Part shown: one piece after another, positions 1-11,209 of the stretch
How the letters are laid out: each line of letters starts with the position of its first letter
Numbering within the stretch: position 1 is the first letter of the stretch
Assembly: GCF_009914755.1 (NCBI RefSeq)
Contig: NC_060925.1
Source: the human T2T-CHM13v2.0 reference genome, Homo sapiens
Length of the DNA stretch: 64,000 nt
Reading direction: 5' to 3' (one strand)
The notes under the pieces: model-generated
Told to the model about the DNA's origin: nothing
The model's database searches: none
The model's input: only the letters and a program-made list of their open reading frames with translations
Translations under genes and position numbers: made by a program

Positions 1-1392
1 GGAGCCTCAGGGAGCCCATGGGGCCCCCAGCGACCACCACCCACATCCCACAGCTCCCAGCCCAGGACTACACAGGCAGGTGGACAGGCATGGCTGGGCT
101 GCCTCGAACCAGCTGCCTCTGCAGAAACCACCCAAGACGCGCCCCTTCCGAAGCCCACCTGGACTTATAGGAAACTTGGAGGGCTCTGGGCCCCTGCCAG
201 AAAGCTCCGCTCAGGGCAGTTATCAAGTTCCAAGCCCTGCTTTGTCCCCACACTTGCCACGGGGTCCTCACCCCCAGGGAGCACACACCATTACCTATGG
301 GCCCTTCTCCTCTCTCCCCCAAAAGCTGGAGCACGCTTTAGACCAGGACAGGGGCTCCCAGCTCCCGAGCGCCCAGCGACACCCAGCCAGAGGCCTTGGA
401 TGCTTCGCAGTCGCAAGGCATTTAGTGGCACTGTGGGTGGACCTGGCCTTGGCTGAGCCGCCCAGCCGGAAGGCTGCCTACCCAGCGAAGATGGAGCCTG
501 GGCTGCCCTAGGCCAAGTGACCAAGCCAGGGAATGAAGGAAGCCTTTGCCACACTGAGGGCGTGGTGCTTAGTCCTTCACGCAGGAGAGAGGCAGAAGCT
601 CGGCCTGGCACTCGAAACAGCTAAGGAGGGGTGACGTCTCTAAGGAGCCATTTCAGGGCCCCCCGCCAGCCACTGCCTACCCCCGGGTGATGCGGCTGAC
701 GACTCACTGGGAGCCGCAAACCCCACACTCCCTCCTCCAATTCCACCCCCTCCTCCAATTCCCGAGGGTGCCCAGCTCCAAGCTCTGTGGATCCCAGGGA
801 GTTCAAAGCAACCACCTGGAGGGAGGCGGGCCTAGTGCAGGCGCCAGATCCCAGCTGCAGAGAGAGGCAGGACGGAACGAGAGCAGGGCTGTAACCTGCT
901 TCCCAGGCCACCAGGGTTCTCAGCTGCCCATGCCTGTGGGGCTCCAGGAAGAACGGCACCTGCCACATCCACAGACAGGACCCCAAAGGGGCTGAGCTCT
1001 GGAGACCCCGGAGACTCAGCTCCGGGGGTCTCAAAGGGCCTTTGTCTCCAGCCTGCCTTTTCACTTGACCCGCAGAGTCGCCAGTGCCATGGGGAGCGGG
1101 GAACCCTGCTCCCACAGACAAAGTCAGGGGATGTTTTTCTTTCCTCCGGTCAAGGGACCTGGCTGTTAGTAGCCTCTGCCGACAGCCCTGAGAGGGGACG
1201 GGGGTGACCGACTCCTCAGCGCCCACGGACCCTGTCCCAGAAGCAGGCGCGCCTGCCGGGCACTGCCCCGCCCTGCTCCCTCCAGCCTAGCAGGCAGCGC
1301 CCTGGCGCAAACTTTAAAAACAGGAAACAAAGGGAGCGCGCCGGGGAGCGCCCTGGCCCCGCCCGCCCTGCCCAGGCTCGCCCGGCGCCCAC

Positions 1393-1558
1393 CTGGCCTC
1401 TGGTCACCGGCGCTCACGGGGTAGCCGGCCTGGCCCAGGTGACATGGGTAGCAGCCCCTCCAGAGGTAGCGGTAGTGCGTGCCCGCGACGCGCGCCAGGC
1501 CCCCCAGGAGCCCAAGGCACCAGAGCGCGGCCAGCCCGCGGTCCCGGGACGCCCCCAT
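1393..1558 (-). CDS. MEGF6: Alternative first coding exon of a short MEGF6 isoform (signal peptide; MGASRDRGLAALWCLGLLGGLARVAGTHYRYLWRGCYPCHLGQAGYPVSAGDQRP)
   Basis: ATG at 1558 in strong Kozak context (GCCATGG). 55 codons plus 1 nt, then donor CAG|GTGGGC at 1392; phase 1 fits EGF exons. Hydrophobic signal-like N-terminus. Matches the remembered MEGF6 isoform-2 N-terminus. Confidence 0.88.
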
Positions 1559-1929
1559 GGCCTGGTAGGCCGGCGGGCGGGAGGGGGCGAGGACCAACCG
1601 CGCTGCGCCCTAAGCCGGCGGCCGGGCGACGGGGCAGGCGGCTCGGGCTGGTTCTGGGTTCCGGGCGGGCGCGCAATCCCAGCCCCGGGATCCGCTCCGC
1701 TCGGCGCCGCCCGGGAGCCGCTCTGGGCCGGGCGCGCCCCGCCCCTCGCCTTTAAGTTCTCAGCTTTCCCTCCGCCCCGCAGGTAAAGGCCAAGTCCGCA
1801 GACAACCGAGGGAGCCGCCCCCGGCCCCGCCCCGAGCCCCGCCCCACCTCCCCCAGGGGGCCGCGCCGGCCCGCCCGCCCCGCGCATTCCAGCGTGCGCG
1901 CTCCCGGACCCGGACGCAGATAGGGACCT

Positions 1930-2062
1930 AGGCACAAACGCAGACATCCACATGTGACCCACAGACACAGGCACACAGACTCACGTGTGCAAACATGCAC
2001 ACAGGAGGTACACAGACACGCACGGACATACGCACAGGCACACACATGCACAAACATGTGTG
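1930..2062. repeat. CA-rich low-complexity tract
   Basis: Degenerate CACA/CGCA/CATG runs. Confidence 0.6.
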
Positions 2063-3169
2063 TTCTTGGAGCCAACACGGAAAAGAAGCCAAAGCAGCAA
2101 AGGGAGCCGTCCTGGCCGGGCCGCGGGGCGGGGGAGGGGGGCCGCGGGGCGGGGGAGGGGGACCTGCAGAGGCGGCTGGTGGGGCTGAACTCTGACAAGG
2201 GTGGGGAAGATGGGGAACTGGTTTGAAGCTGCAGCACCGATGTGGAAACATGGGCTGAGACACCCCCAGTCCCCACGTCCAGTGCCTGCACTGTCCTGTC
2301 CTCCCCTGGCCCAGGGCCCCATACTTGGAGGGAGCCTGGGCGAGGGAAAGCTGGCATCCCTGCAGCAGGTGGTGACGGACAGAGAGCAGGGAGAACTTGC
2401 CTGCAGGGTGGCCAGCAGTGCCCAGGTGTCAGGCTGCAAAGGCCACGGAGGTGCTTCCAACCCCAGAGCCCTGGGTCCCCACGCTCCTCGAGGGCATAGC
2501 CCGGGGGAGGCAGTCCTCCCAGGGTCGGCAGCAGAAGGAACCACAGATTAGAGCCTCGTCAAGCACTTAACCTCTGCAGGAGAGCCAGGGCTGTGATTCC
2601 GGCTTGGATCAGAGTCCCCAGAGCCCCCCATCCTCTCTGAGCCCCTTCTCGCACCTATCCTTGGTCGGGGGTCACTGGGCTCCCACTCCTAGCCTCCATG
2701 GAGATGGAAGAGCTGTGACCAGCAAGCTGTGGTGCTCAATGACCCTCAGCAGTGATCCCTGCCTGGGACCAGCCCAGCACCACCTCCAGCACTGGCGGTG
2801 AGGGTCCACAGAAGGACTGGGCGCCCGCCCACACTGTTCCCGGCCTTTCCAGGAAGGCCCGAAAATCTCCCTCCGAAATGCAGTGGAAGTGTCCCTGGAG
2901 CTCAGCCTGTTCCCAGAGATGCAGCCTGTGTCTCCTCCCAGAGGACAATAGGTGAGCGGTGGGCACAAAGCCACATGACTGGGGCCACTGCAGAGACAGA
3001 AAGCTTGGGGATACCTTCCAGCTGTCAGGAAGGAGGAGGGTGCATGCTCCCTGGGCCAGCAGGCCCTGTATGTGGGCAAGCCTAGGTCAGGAGCATAGCC
3101 ACGGGTAGAGCTGTGGGGAAGAAGGACTGCCAACCTCAGCTGCGGCCGCTGTGCCAGGCCCTGGGTTCT

Positions 3170-3262
3170 GGGGATGCAGTGCCATCCTCACCATTCCCTG
3201 CAGGGGAGGGCTACTGTCCCCATTTTAGAGGTGAGGAAACTGAGGCCCAGACAGACTAAGAT
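3170..3262. mobile_element. MIR SINE fragment
   Basis: CCCCATTTTAGAGGTGAGGAAACTGAGGCCCAGA is the MIR core. Similar short MIR cores occur near 4810, 13020, 34080, 37290 and 51530. Confidence 0.7.
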
Positions 3263-4559
3263 GCTGTCCTCAGGTCAAATTCAATTGAGCAGAACTCCAG
3301 CCCCGGCAACTCAGGGAAGCAGGCGGCCCATCCCGGCAGAGCCTCCACCTTCTCTCCACTCTCCACTACAGCCAGGGGCCCACCTGCTGGCCGAGACCCA
3401 CCCCTCAGAAGCCTGCCCAGTGCTAAGATGTGGCAGAGACAGTCTCTGCTGATCCAGGGCACCTGGGAGCAAGGGCTGAGGGGCCATCCTTGAGCGCGTG
3501 GGAAAGAAGAGGCCCCACCCAGTCCCAGCCTGTCTCACCTTGCCCCGTCCTGTCTGCCATCCAGAGGCCAGCCCGCCCCCTTGGCCCCCAACACTCTGCA
3601 GAAATGGGCCTGCCTGGGCCCTGCCTGTCTGCGGGGCCTCCTGGGGAGCCCCTCCCATCAGCCTCTGAGCCCTTGCCATGAGGAGCCTCTGAATCGCACG
3701 GATAGACAGGCTGACGGGCCTGTTTGAAGGCACCTTCCACGCAGGGCAACATCATTTATGACCGTAATGTGCAACTCATTGCCAACAACTCACCAGTTAG
3801 TGCCAACAGAAGCTCGAGGGTCCCGCCCTCCGCAGCCACAGCCCAACAGGGCCTCAGCCCAGCAGTTTCCATGGAGGTAGGGGCCAGGCTTGAGAGGGGT
3901 GCAGGGGAAGACACCAGAGGCCAGGCCTGCAAGGGCACGGGCTGCGGAGGCAGCATCCATCCTCCAGGAGGTGCACGACCGGCCACCCTGCGAGCGAGCT
4001 CTCCCTGGTCTCTGTCCCTCTCCGCCTGCTACAGGATGGGGCCCAGTACTCGGCGGGAGCCTGGGCAACAGAATCCCTGCACCTCCGACTCCAGTCACCC
4101 TCACCAACAGGCGACGGGGCTGGGGTCCTCCATCAGCACCCCATCTGGGGAAGGTTCCTCAAGAGGCCCTTCCTTGAAGGGATGCTGTCTCCCAGCTCAG
4201 GCAGGCCCCACTCTGACACCCTCCAGGCTCCGGGGTCTTGGGAGGAGGAAGAAGCCCACAGGAAGCAGGAGGCACCAGCCGCACCCTCAGGATCCCATGC
4301 TGTCCCCCAAGTCTTGCCCACCCTGGGAAAGGGCTCCTGCCTCGTGCTGTCTCGAGGAGGAGGGAGGAGCCCAGGAGCCGCTGCGAGAGGCCCCAAGCAG
4401 GGAAGGTCAGGCACTCGGAGTCTACGGCCAGCCGGAGCCCACAAGCCCCAAAGGCCACCGAGCCATGCACCGTGGCTTGTCCCAGTGGACCTGCGTGCTA
4501 GCGTCACACATGTCACCTTCTCAGTCAGTATGTTCTTAGCAAGAAAGAATAGAAGAGAA

Positions 4560-4757
4560 CTACCCAGTGAGCCATTTTTATATGGACTGCAATGCTGAAA
4601 AGGATCATATTTGCACCTATTATGTTAAATAAAATATACTATTAAAATCAATTTCACCTATTTGTTTTTGCTTTTCTGACGTGGCCCTGAGAAACTGTGA
4701 GACAGCATGTATGGCTTGCGTGTGTGGCTCACATTCTGTTTCTGTTGGACAGCCCCA
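4560..4757. mobile_element. MER33-like hAT-Charlie DNA transposon fragment
   Basis: AT-rich TTAAATAAAATATACTATTAAAATCAATTTCACC...GTGGCTCACATTCTGTTTCTGTTGGACAGC resembles the remembered MER33/MER3 end. Confidence 0.65.
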
Positions 4758-5737
4758 GCTTTGCTAGTAAGAACTGAGGCCCCAGGCGAGCTGTGGAAAC
4801 ACTCTGTGCCTCAGTTTCCCCATCTGTAACACTAGCACCTCCCTCCTGTGGGAAAGGCGCTTGACTGAGGATCCATAAAAGTCAACAAACGTGGGAGTGG
4901 GAGGCCGAGTCTGGAGGCCTGACCATGCCCCTTCCCGGCCCTTTGCTCCAGCAGACACCCCAAGGCCACGCAGAGACCCATGGCAGAGACAGTGTCCAGA
5001 GCTGATTCCCAGAGGGCGGGGGACGTCCTGGGAACTGTCCACCTCCTAAGCCATGGTGGACACAGCCATGGTCCGGAGACATCCTGGAAGCCAGCCAGGG
5101 ACCGGAGCCCTGGCCCTCTCCCTTGATAGCCATCACCTCCATACCCCCACCTCAGCACCCCACCAGAGCCATCTGGGGGCCACCACTCCAGCCCCTCCAT
5201 TCCCCTTGGGGCTGCCATCACCCCTTCCATTCATCTGGACTCCAAATCCCGCGTCCATCCAGGGTGAGGGCTGGGCTACCACAGCCCGTGTGCCCAGTAC
5301 CCAGTGCAGGACTGGGGCCACAGAGGCAGCTCCTGGCCCACTGAAGGGCTGTATGGCATGGCCACATCCCGGGGCATCTCTGGCCTCAGTTTCCTCATCT
5401 GTGCATGGGCAGAGGCCTGAATGAGACCAGCTCAGGGGCCCTGAAGCAATGAGACACATGACTCGGGAAGGAGAACCAGGGCCAGGTGTGTCACCGCGAC
5501 GGTGCCCGTGGGATCCAGGCAGAGGAGGGCAGCCAACAGAGCAGGGCGAGCCTCCAGGGAACAGCTGTCACAGCGCAGCGAGGCCTTCGGGAAGCTTCCT
5601 GACAACAAGTTCAGGCAAAGGAAATTGTCTTTTCTGCCCCAAAACCCCCAAGAGCTATGGGAGCCTCCTGGTATCACATCCCCATCTCACCCTCAGGGTC
5701 ACTCACATCAGACACCCTCATCTGACAGGCAGCAGGG

Positions 5738-5780
5738 AGGCTGCCCCTCTCCAGAAGGCTGCCCCTCTCCAGAAGGCTGC
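5738..5780. repeat. 18-bp tandem repeat, about 2.4 copies
   Basis: AGGCTGCCCCTCTCCAGA x2 plus a partial copy. Confidence 0.85.
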
Positions 5781-8700
5781 ATCCAACCCTCTGGTCCTCC
5801 ACACAGACCACCCTGGCCCTACACAGGCTCCTCCTATCCCGTAGCCGGGAGTCCCCCGCTTCTGCTCCTCTCCTCCTCATCTGCTGCCCCATGCCCACCC
5901 GCCCACCTCCCCTCTGCCCTCACATACAGGCCATGATTAAACCCTCATTCTGCCCAGCTGGAACCCCAGTGTGGGGGCCCCCCAGCGGCCCTGGGTCCTG
6001 CCTTCTGCCCACGGCTCCTGGGACATTCTCCTGGGGTTTCGCTAAGCCAGTTTCCAGAGGAGAAATGACTTCCCCAGGGTCATGCAGGGAAGAGAAGTGC
6101 GGCCCAGGGGAACCAGGTCTGACTCTCCCCCAAATCCTGTCCTCACTGGGCCACCTCCTTCGGGTTCCTCCAGGGGAATGGCTCGGGCAGGCACCCACAG
6201 GCGCCCCTCTGGTTGGGCACAGGGTCTCTCCTGCTCATCACCCTCCCCAGGCCATGGCAGGCGCCAGGCAGACTGTCGGGCAGGGCTCAGTGCTGCAACT
6301 CTCCAAGGGGGCATCCCTGGGGCCTGGACAAAGAGTTTCTAGGCAGCTCCGGCTTCGCACCCTGGCTCTGGCCGTCCTCTGGTGGCCTCGGCTTCCCTGA
6401 ACGAGCCTTCCCTGGCAGTCTAGACACTCACCCTTCCTCCCGCCCAACAGACCATGACCTCCGATGCATCCTTCAAAGACACCAACTCAGAGGTCACCTC
6501 TGCAAAGCCTCCCCAGCTGGCCGGCCCACCCTAGGCTGGACCCCCCTACCCCTGCCCACCCTCCTCTACGACACCCCTTCATTGGCTCATTCATTTAGTT
6601 TTTTATGCAACAACGATGTGTGTGCCCACCACAGGCAGGACATGGCTCTGGGGTACGGGGGCATCGCCCCACCCAACTGAGACGTCCGTCCAGGTCCCCA
6701 CAACCTGGAAGAGCTGGAGTATAAATGAGCCCCAGCTGAAGCTCTGGGGTGCGGAGGGCTCTGGGCCGTCCCTCCTGCTAGGCTAGGGAGGAGCCCGGGC
6801 GTGGCCGTGGGGGGCAGCAGCCCACCGGTAGAGAGCGCCTCCCAGGCCCAGGCTGCACCCACAACACCCCCTCCCCTACTCAGTGCCGCCACCGAGCACG
6901 TCCCAGCCGGAGAATGTGGGGTCTGGAAGCTGTTTGGGAAATGCTTTCCTGATGTGGAAACGCAGCCGGCGTCTGTGCCTGGGAATGTGTGTGTGTCAGC
7001 AGAAGGCTCTCCCAGCCCCCAGCGGCTGGCTCCAGCTTCTCCCCTCTCCAAGCTGGGCGGCCACCAGGCTCCTGCCAGGACCCAGGCCAGATCGAGGGCC
7101 AGTGCCACCCCCAAATGTCACTGCTCCCCCTTGGGGCTGGGCCCTGACTCCGGAACTTCAGGCAAAACCAGAGCCTGGAAGTGGACGAGGTCCAGCCAAC
7201 ACCCCCAACTGCTGTGTGTGTCTGTCCCTCAGTGCTCACCTCCGACACCCGCTCCACAAGGCCCCCCTCCAGCCTTGCGGCTCAGGCGCCTGGACACGTG
7301 CCTCTACCTCCCTGAGAGGGAGATGATGCCGGGCTGTCCACGCTGCCCTGGCCTCTGAATGCAGAGCTAGTGTTGGGCGAAGCTGGGCTGGGTGTGGGAG
7401 CCAGAGAGGCTGTGGGCATAGTGGGGGCTGCCTTCACCCAGGTTCCTAGGGGCTCAGGCATGGGGTGAGGGGGCTGCCAGTGGGGCCCAAGGGGGCCAAG
7501 GCCCCAGGCAGCCCAGTGCCCAGCCCAGTCTACCTCCTCAGCGGGCAATCTCCCACCTAGCCAGGCCCCTGGGGATGGCATCACAGACCCAGCACCTGGC
7601 ATGAAACAGGGGGAAGGAGCTAAGCCCTTGGCTGGTGGCGGGGGGTTGAGGGTATGAGAGAAAGGAGTGACACTCAGAGAAGCTACCGGGAGCCACGGCC
7701 CATAGTCCTGACCGAGGTGGCCATGTTGCAGGGAGAAGGTTACAGGCCCAGCAGGCACCCAGGTGGAGCGGCGATCACCACCGCCCACAACTACCTGTGT
7801 GTGCTCTGTGTGCCAGGCCAGGGGTGCTCCTAGGTGGGCAGATGGACCCTGAACGAGTGGCCGGGGGGCACCGGGCCCTGGGCTCTGCCCTCACGGACAC
7901 CTGCAGCTCACTCTTCCCCGCTCCCACGGAAGGCGGGAGAAGGCGGGTGTGGCCACATGAGCAGAGGGCACAGGCATCACTTCCGGCCATGACATTTAAA
8001 AGCAAGTGTGAGATTCTTGGTCCTCTCATCCCACCCCTGCCCTGGGCACACGCATTGGTAAGGGGACCTGGCCTGGGGTCTGGATGGGATGATGGGGTGG
8101 GCCATGGACACTGGAAGGTAAGGGCGTGTCCCCCGCAAAAGTGCTGGTCCATGCACAGGTGGAGACCATCCCAGCTAATGCAGGGAGAGGGTGGAGATGG
8201 GTGGCCTGGGAGGGGCTGGGACCAGGCTTGGAGTGGGGGAAAGGAGCCACCCAGAGCAGCAAGGGGCACAGGGCTGCAAGGACAGGGCAGTGGTCAGTGT
8301 GCACCTGCTGGCCCCCACTGCAGACAGCATGGCCCAGAAGTTACTAGAAGGAGGCCACTCTCAAGCTTCTCTTTAATCTGCCTTCGTGGGCTCAAGGCTC
8401 CTAAGCCCCAAAGCCATCCCATGCCACCCCGCCCCTGCAAGTGGCACGTGGATCTGCCTGGCGGTTTCCAACCGTTGACCTCCAGAGCCCAGCCCAGAGC
8501 AGGAGGTCCATTTGTGGTCTGGGGTCTCACACAGTCCAAGCTGCCTCCCTGCGGAGACAGAGCAGACCGGCCTCCCCAGCGTTCCTCGCACCCCTTCTCC
8601 CACTGTCGCCACCACAGAGCTTCTATCAGGAGCAGGGGGGGCCCCCACCCGGCCTCAGAGCACACAGGGCCTGGCAGGGGCCTCCCCGAACCATTCCAAT

Positions 8701-9007
8701 GTCAGCCTCATGGTAAACCCATTACCCTGTCTCCACTCCTCGCCCAAGCCAAAGGAAGGAAAATTGAAACCACCGCTGTTTCCGCGAGCCCAGCTGCCAT
8801 TCCTGACTGCAGCTGTCCCTGGCTGGGGCCAGGCAGAAACAGGGGGGAGCCCCCTTCTCTTGTACACACCAGCCCCCAGGTGAGCCCACGATGGAGTGGT
8901 CCTGTCTCCTGGCTCTGAGGGAGGCATCAGACTCCCAGAGCAGCCCCCGAGAGCCTGAGGCCTGGTCTGTCCCCGTGAGGCTCTGCTGCCAGCCAGCAGA
9001 GCATGTG

Positions 9008-9009
<2 letters not shown>

Positions 9010-9056
<47 letters not shown>
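9010..9056. repeat. (GT)23 microsatellite
   Basis: Perfect TG/GT run. Confidence 0.97.
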
Positions 9057-9058
<2 letters not shown>

Positions 9059-10867
9059 GCGCTGTCTGTGGGTTCTCTGTTACCAGGCTCTTTCCCACCC
9101 AGCTGTGCGAGGCCCGGGGGCACCTGAGCCCTCGAGGGCTGACACAGCACCCGCTGGGGATGTAGCCCCCAGGCAAGGCCAGCCCCACGCCCCGGGGCCC
9201 AGACTCTTGCTGGGACATCAGAGCTGCCAGGGGAGCGGAGAATGCAGACAGGCAAGAGGATGCCCCAGGTCTCACACTGTACTCAGAGGAGTGATCCGGG
9301 AGGCTTCCTGGAGGAGGTGGCACTCAGCTGGCCTTTGGACATGACATTTTCAGGGACATGAACAGGCCTCAGTGGGGTCAAGAGCCCAGTAGGATCCCAG
9401 GGGGTGAGGGGTAGAGGATCAGGGAAAGGCCTGGGCCGAATCCAGTGATCAAGGGTGCCCTGGGGAAGAGATGGGGCGTGGTGGGGAGGCGGCCCAGGGC
9501 ACCGGGTCTAAGGTGCAGTGTCACTACAGACCCAAGGCCCAGAGATGAGCAGGGGCCAGGGACACAGGCAGCAGCGGCCTCCCATCAGGAGGCTGGCCCC
9601 CGGACAGAAAGGCCAGGCAGGGCCAGCAGAGATGCATGGGGGAGGGGCCGGGGTGGCTGTGGGAGATAAAAGTAGAGGGAACACGACGGGAGAGGGGGAG
9701 GCTCAGGGGGCTCAGCGGGTCTCTCCTTCCTAGGAACACGGCCCCACCTGCACACGCCTGGCTCAGCACCTCGGCCCTGCCAGGAGGGAATGGTGGGTTC
9801 CACTCTTAGGAGGCACAGGGGGAACGTGACTTGGCCCGGGTCATGCAGGAGGCACCTGCCCTCCCGAGGCATCCGCAGTTCTGAGAGTTCACAGCCCCTG
9901 ACTCTGGGGCACAATCGCCCCAACCTCCTCATGAGTAGCCCCTGGGAAACCAAGCTGGGGCCACTGGGGCTTCCGGGAGGACTGGAGAAAAGTGGCTACC
10001 TGGGCGCCTCGGTTTCCCCAGCCCAGGAGGCCCTTGGCTTGGTGACAGAAGCTTCTAGGACAAGGGCAAGGCCTTGCCTGAAGCATCCACTGGTCACCTT
10101 CCCAGGCCCAGGCTTATCTTCCCAACAGATGGCTCCCGGGCCAGGCCAGGGTCCCAGGGTGCGCTGAGCTTTGCCATGTGAAGGTGTCCACTGAGCCTCC
10201 CCAAGCTCCAAGTCTGAGGACTGCAGCCTGCGAGAGTTACGCAGGCCCCCGGGGTCGCACCTGTCCAGCATCGAGGCTGGGATCCAAACCCAGGCCTTCT
10301 GGGCTGCTGCCTAAACCCACCAGCCCTTCAGCCCTCCGTGTTTATCTGGAGCACGGCCACAGATGCCTGCAGGCTGCCCAGCTCGGGGTGTCCTCCAGGA
10401 AACTGCCCCAGCGTCCTGGTTCTAGGCAGTCAGAGAAAGCCTCTTGTCTTTCTGTTGCTGGGCTGGCTCTCACCGCTGACGCTGAAGGCTATTATTTTCC
10501 CGGCTTGGCCTTAACTGAGAACGTGCCTGCCAGGGTGTGCTCATTAGAGTCGGAAATGAAAGCTTTTCACTCGCAGCGCCTCGGACGGAGCAGGCCTCTG
10601 ACCACAGACGCCCTGTCGGAAATGCTGCCATCCTGCCTGGAAGGAACACACCTTGCAGCCGGGTTTCCCGCTGCACTGGGAAGACAGCCAGCTGAAGAAT
10701 GTTGGCCTGGGGAGGCCCAGATTCAGCCACCCACAGGAACGTGGCCCCAGCTTTGCAACCGGAAGGCCCAGGTTCAGGCCTGGGCTCCAGGGCCCATGGG
10801 CGAGGGATGCTGAGGCCTCACCACACCTCCATCTCTTTCCCTGCGAGGGCAGCCTTCCCCACAGCTG

Positions 10868-11209
10868 TGTTTGCTTGTTCACTCCTGCTGCTCCTACAGG
10901 ACGCCTTAGTCTGGGTAATTTACAAACCCCTGGATGTATGTCTTACAGCTCCAGAGGCTGGGAAGTCCAAGATCCAGGCACGGCAGACCAGCCCTCTGGA
11001 TCCTCCAGGGCAGCTTCTCAGGGCAGCTTCACAGGGCAGAAAGGGAACCACTCCCTCCGATCTTTTCTGGGGCAGTCATCCCATTCCCCACGGCAGAGCC
11101 TTCCTGGCCTCCTCACTGCCTACGAGGCCCCACCTCTTCACACCATCACACTGGGGAGTCCACTCGAACGCAGGAATTTTGCAGGGACACCGACATTCAG
11201 GTCGCGGCA
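10868..11209 (-). mobile_element. MaLR LTR (MLT1A/MST-like), degenerate
   Basis: CTGGGTAATTTACAAAC...CAGAGGCTGGGAAGTCCAAGATC...ACCATCACACTGGGG...ACATTCAG is the typical reverse-orientation MaLR LTR pattern. Confidence 0.65.

Larger units (their letters stand above)
1190..2170 (-). promoter_or_regulatory. CpG island / internal promoter of the short MEGF6 isoform
   Basis: Very high GC and CpG density. GC boxes CCCCGCCCC at 1737-1745, 1825-1833 and 1837-1845, upstream (minus sense) of the ATG. Boundaries estimated by eye. Confidence 0.8.

Noticed and set aside
1439-1453. CYPCH matches the CxxCH heme-c attachment motif
   Set aside because: Human heme-c attachment happens in the mitochondrial intermembrane space, whereas this is a secretory-pathway leader with no cytochrome fold.
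7797-8918. 373-aa ORF and the many other 60-330-aa ORFs in unique sequence
   Set aside because: Low-information Pro/Gly/Arg/Ser-rich sequences overlapping in several frames, as expected in GC-rich intron; no recognisable domains.
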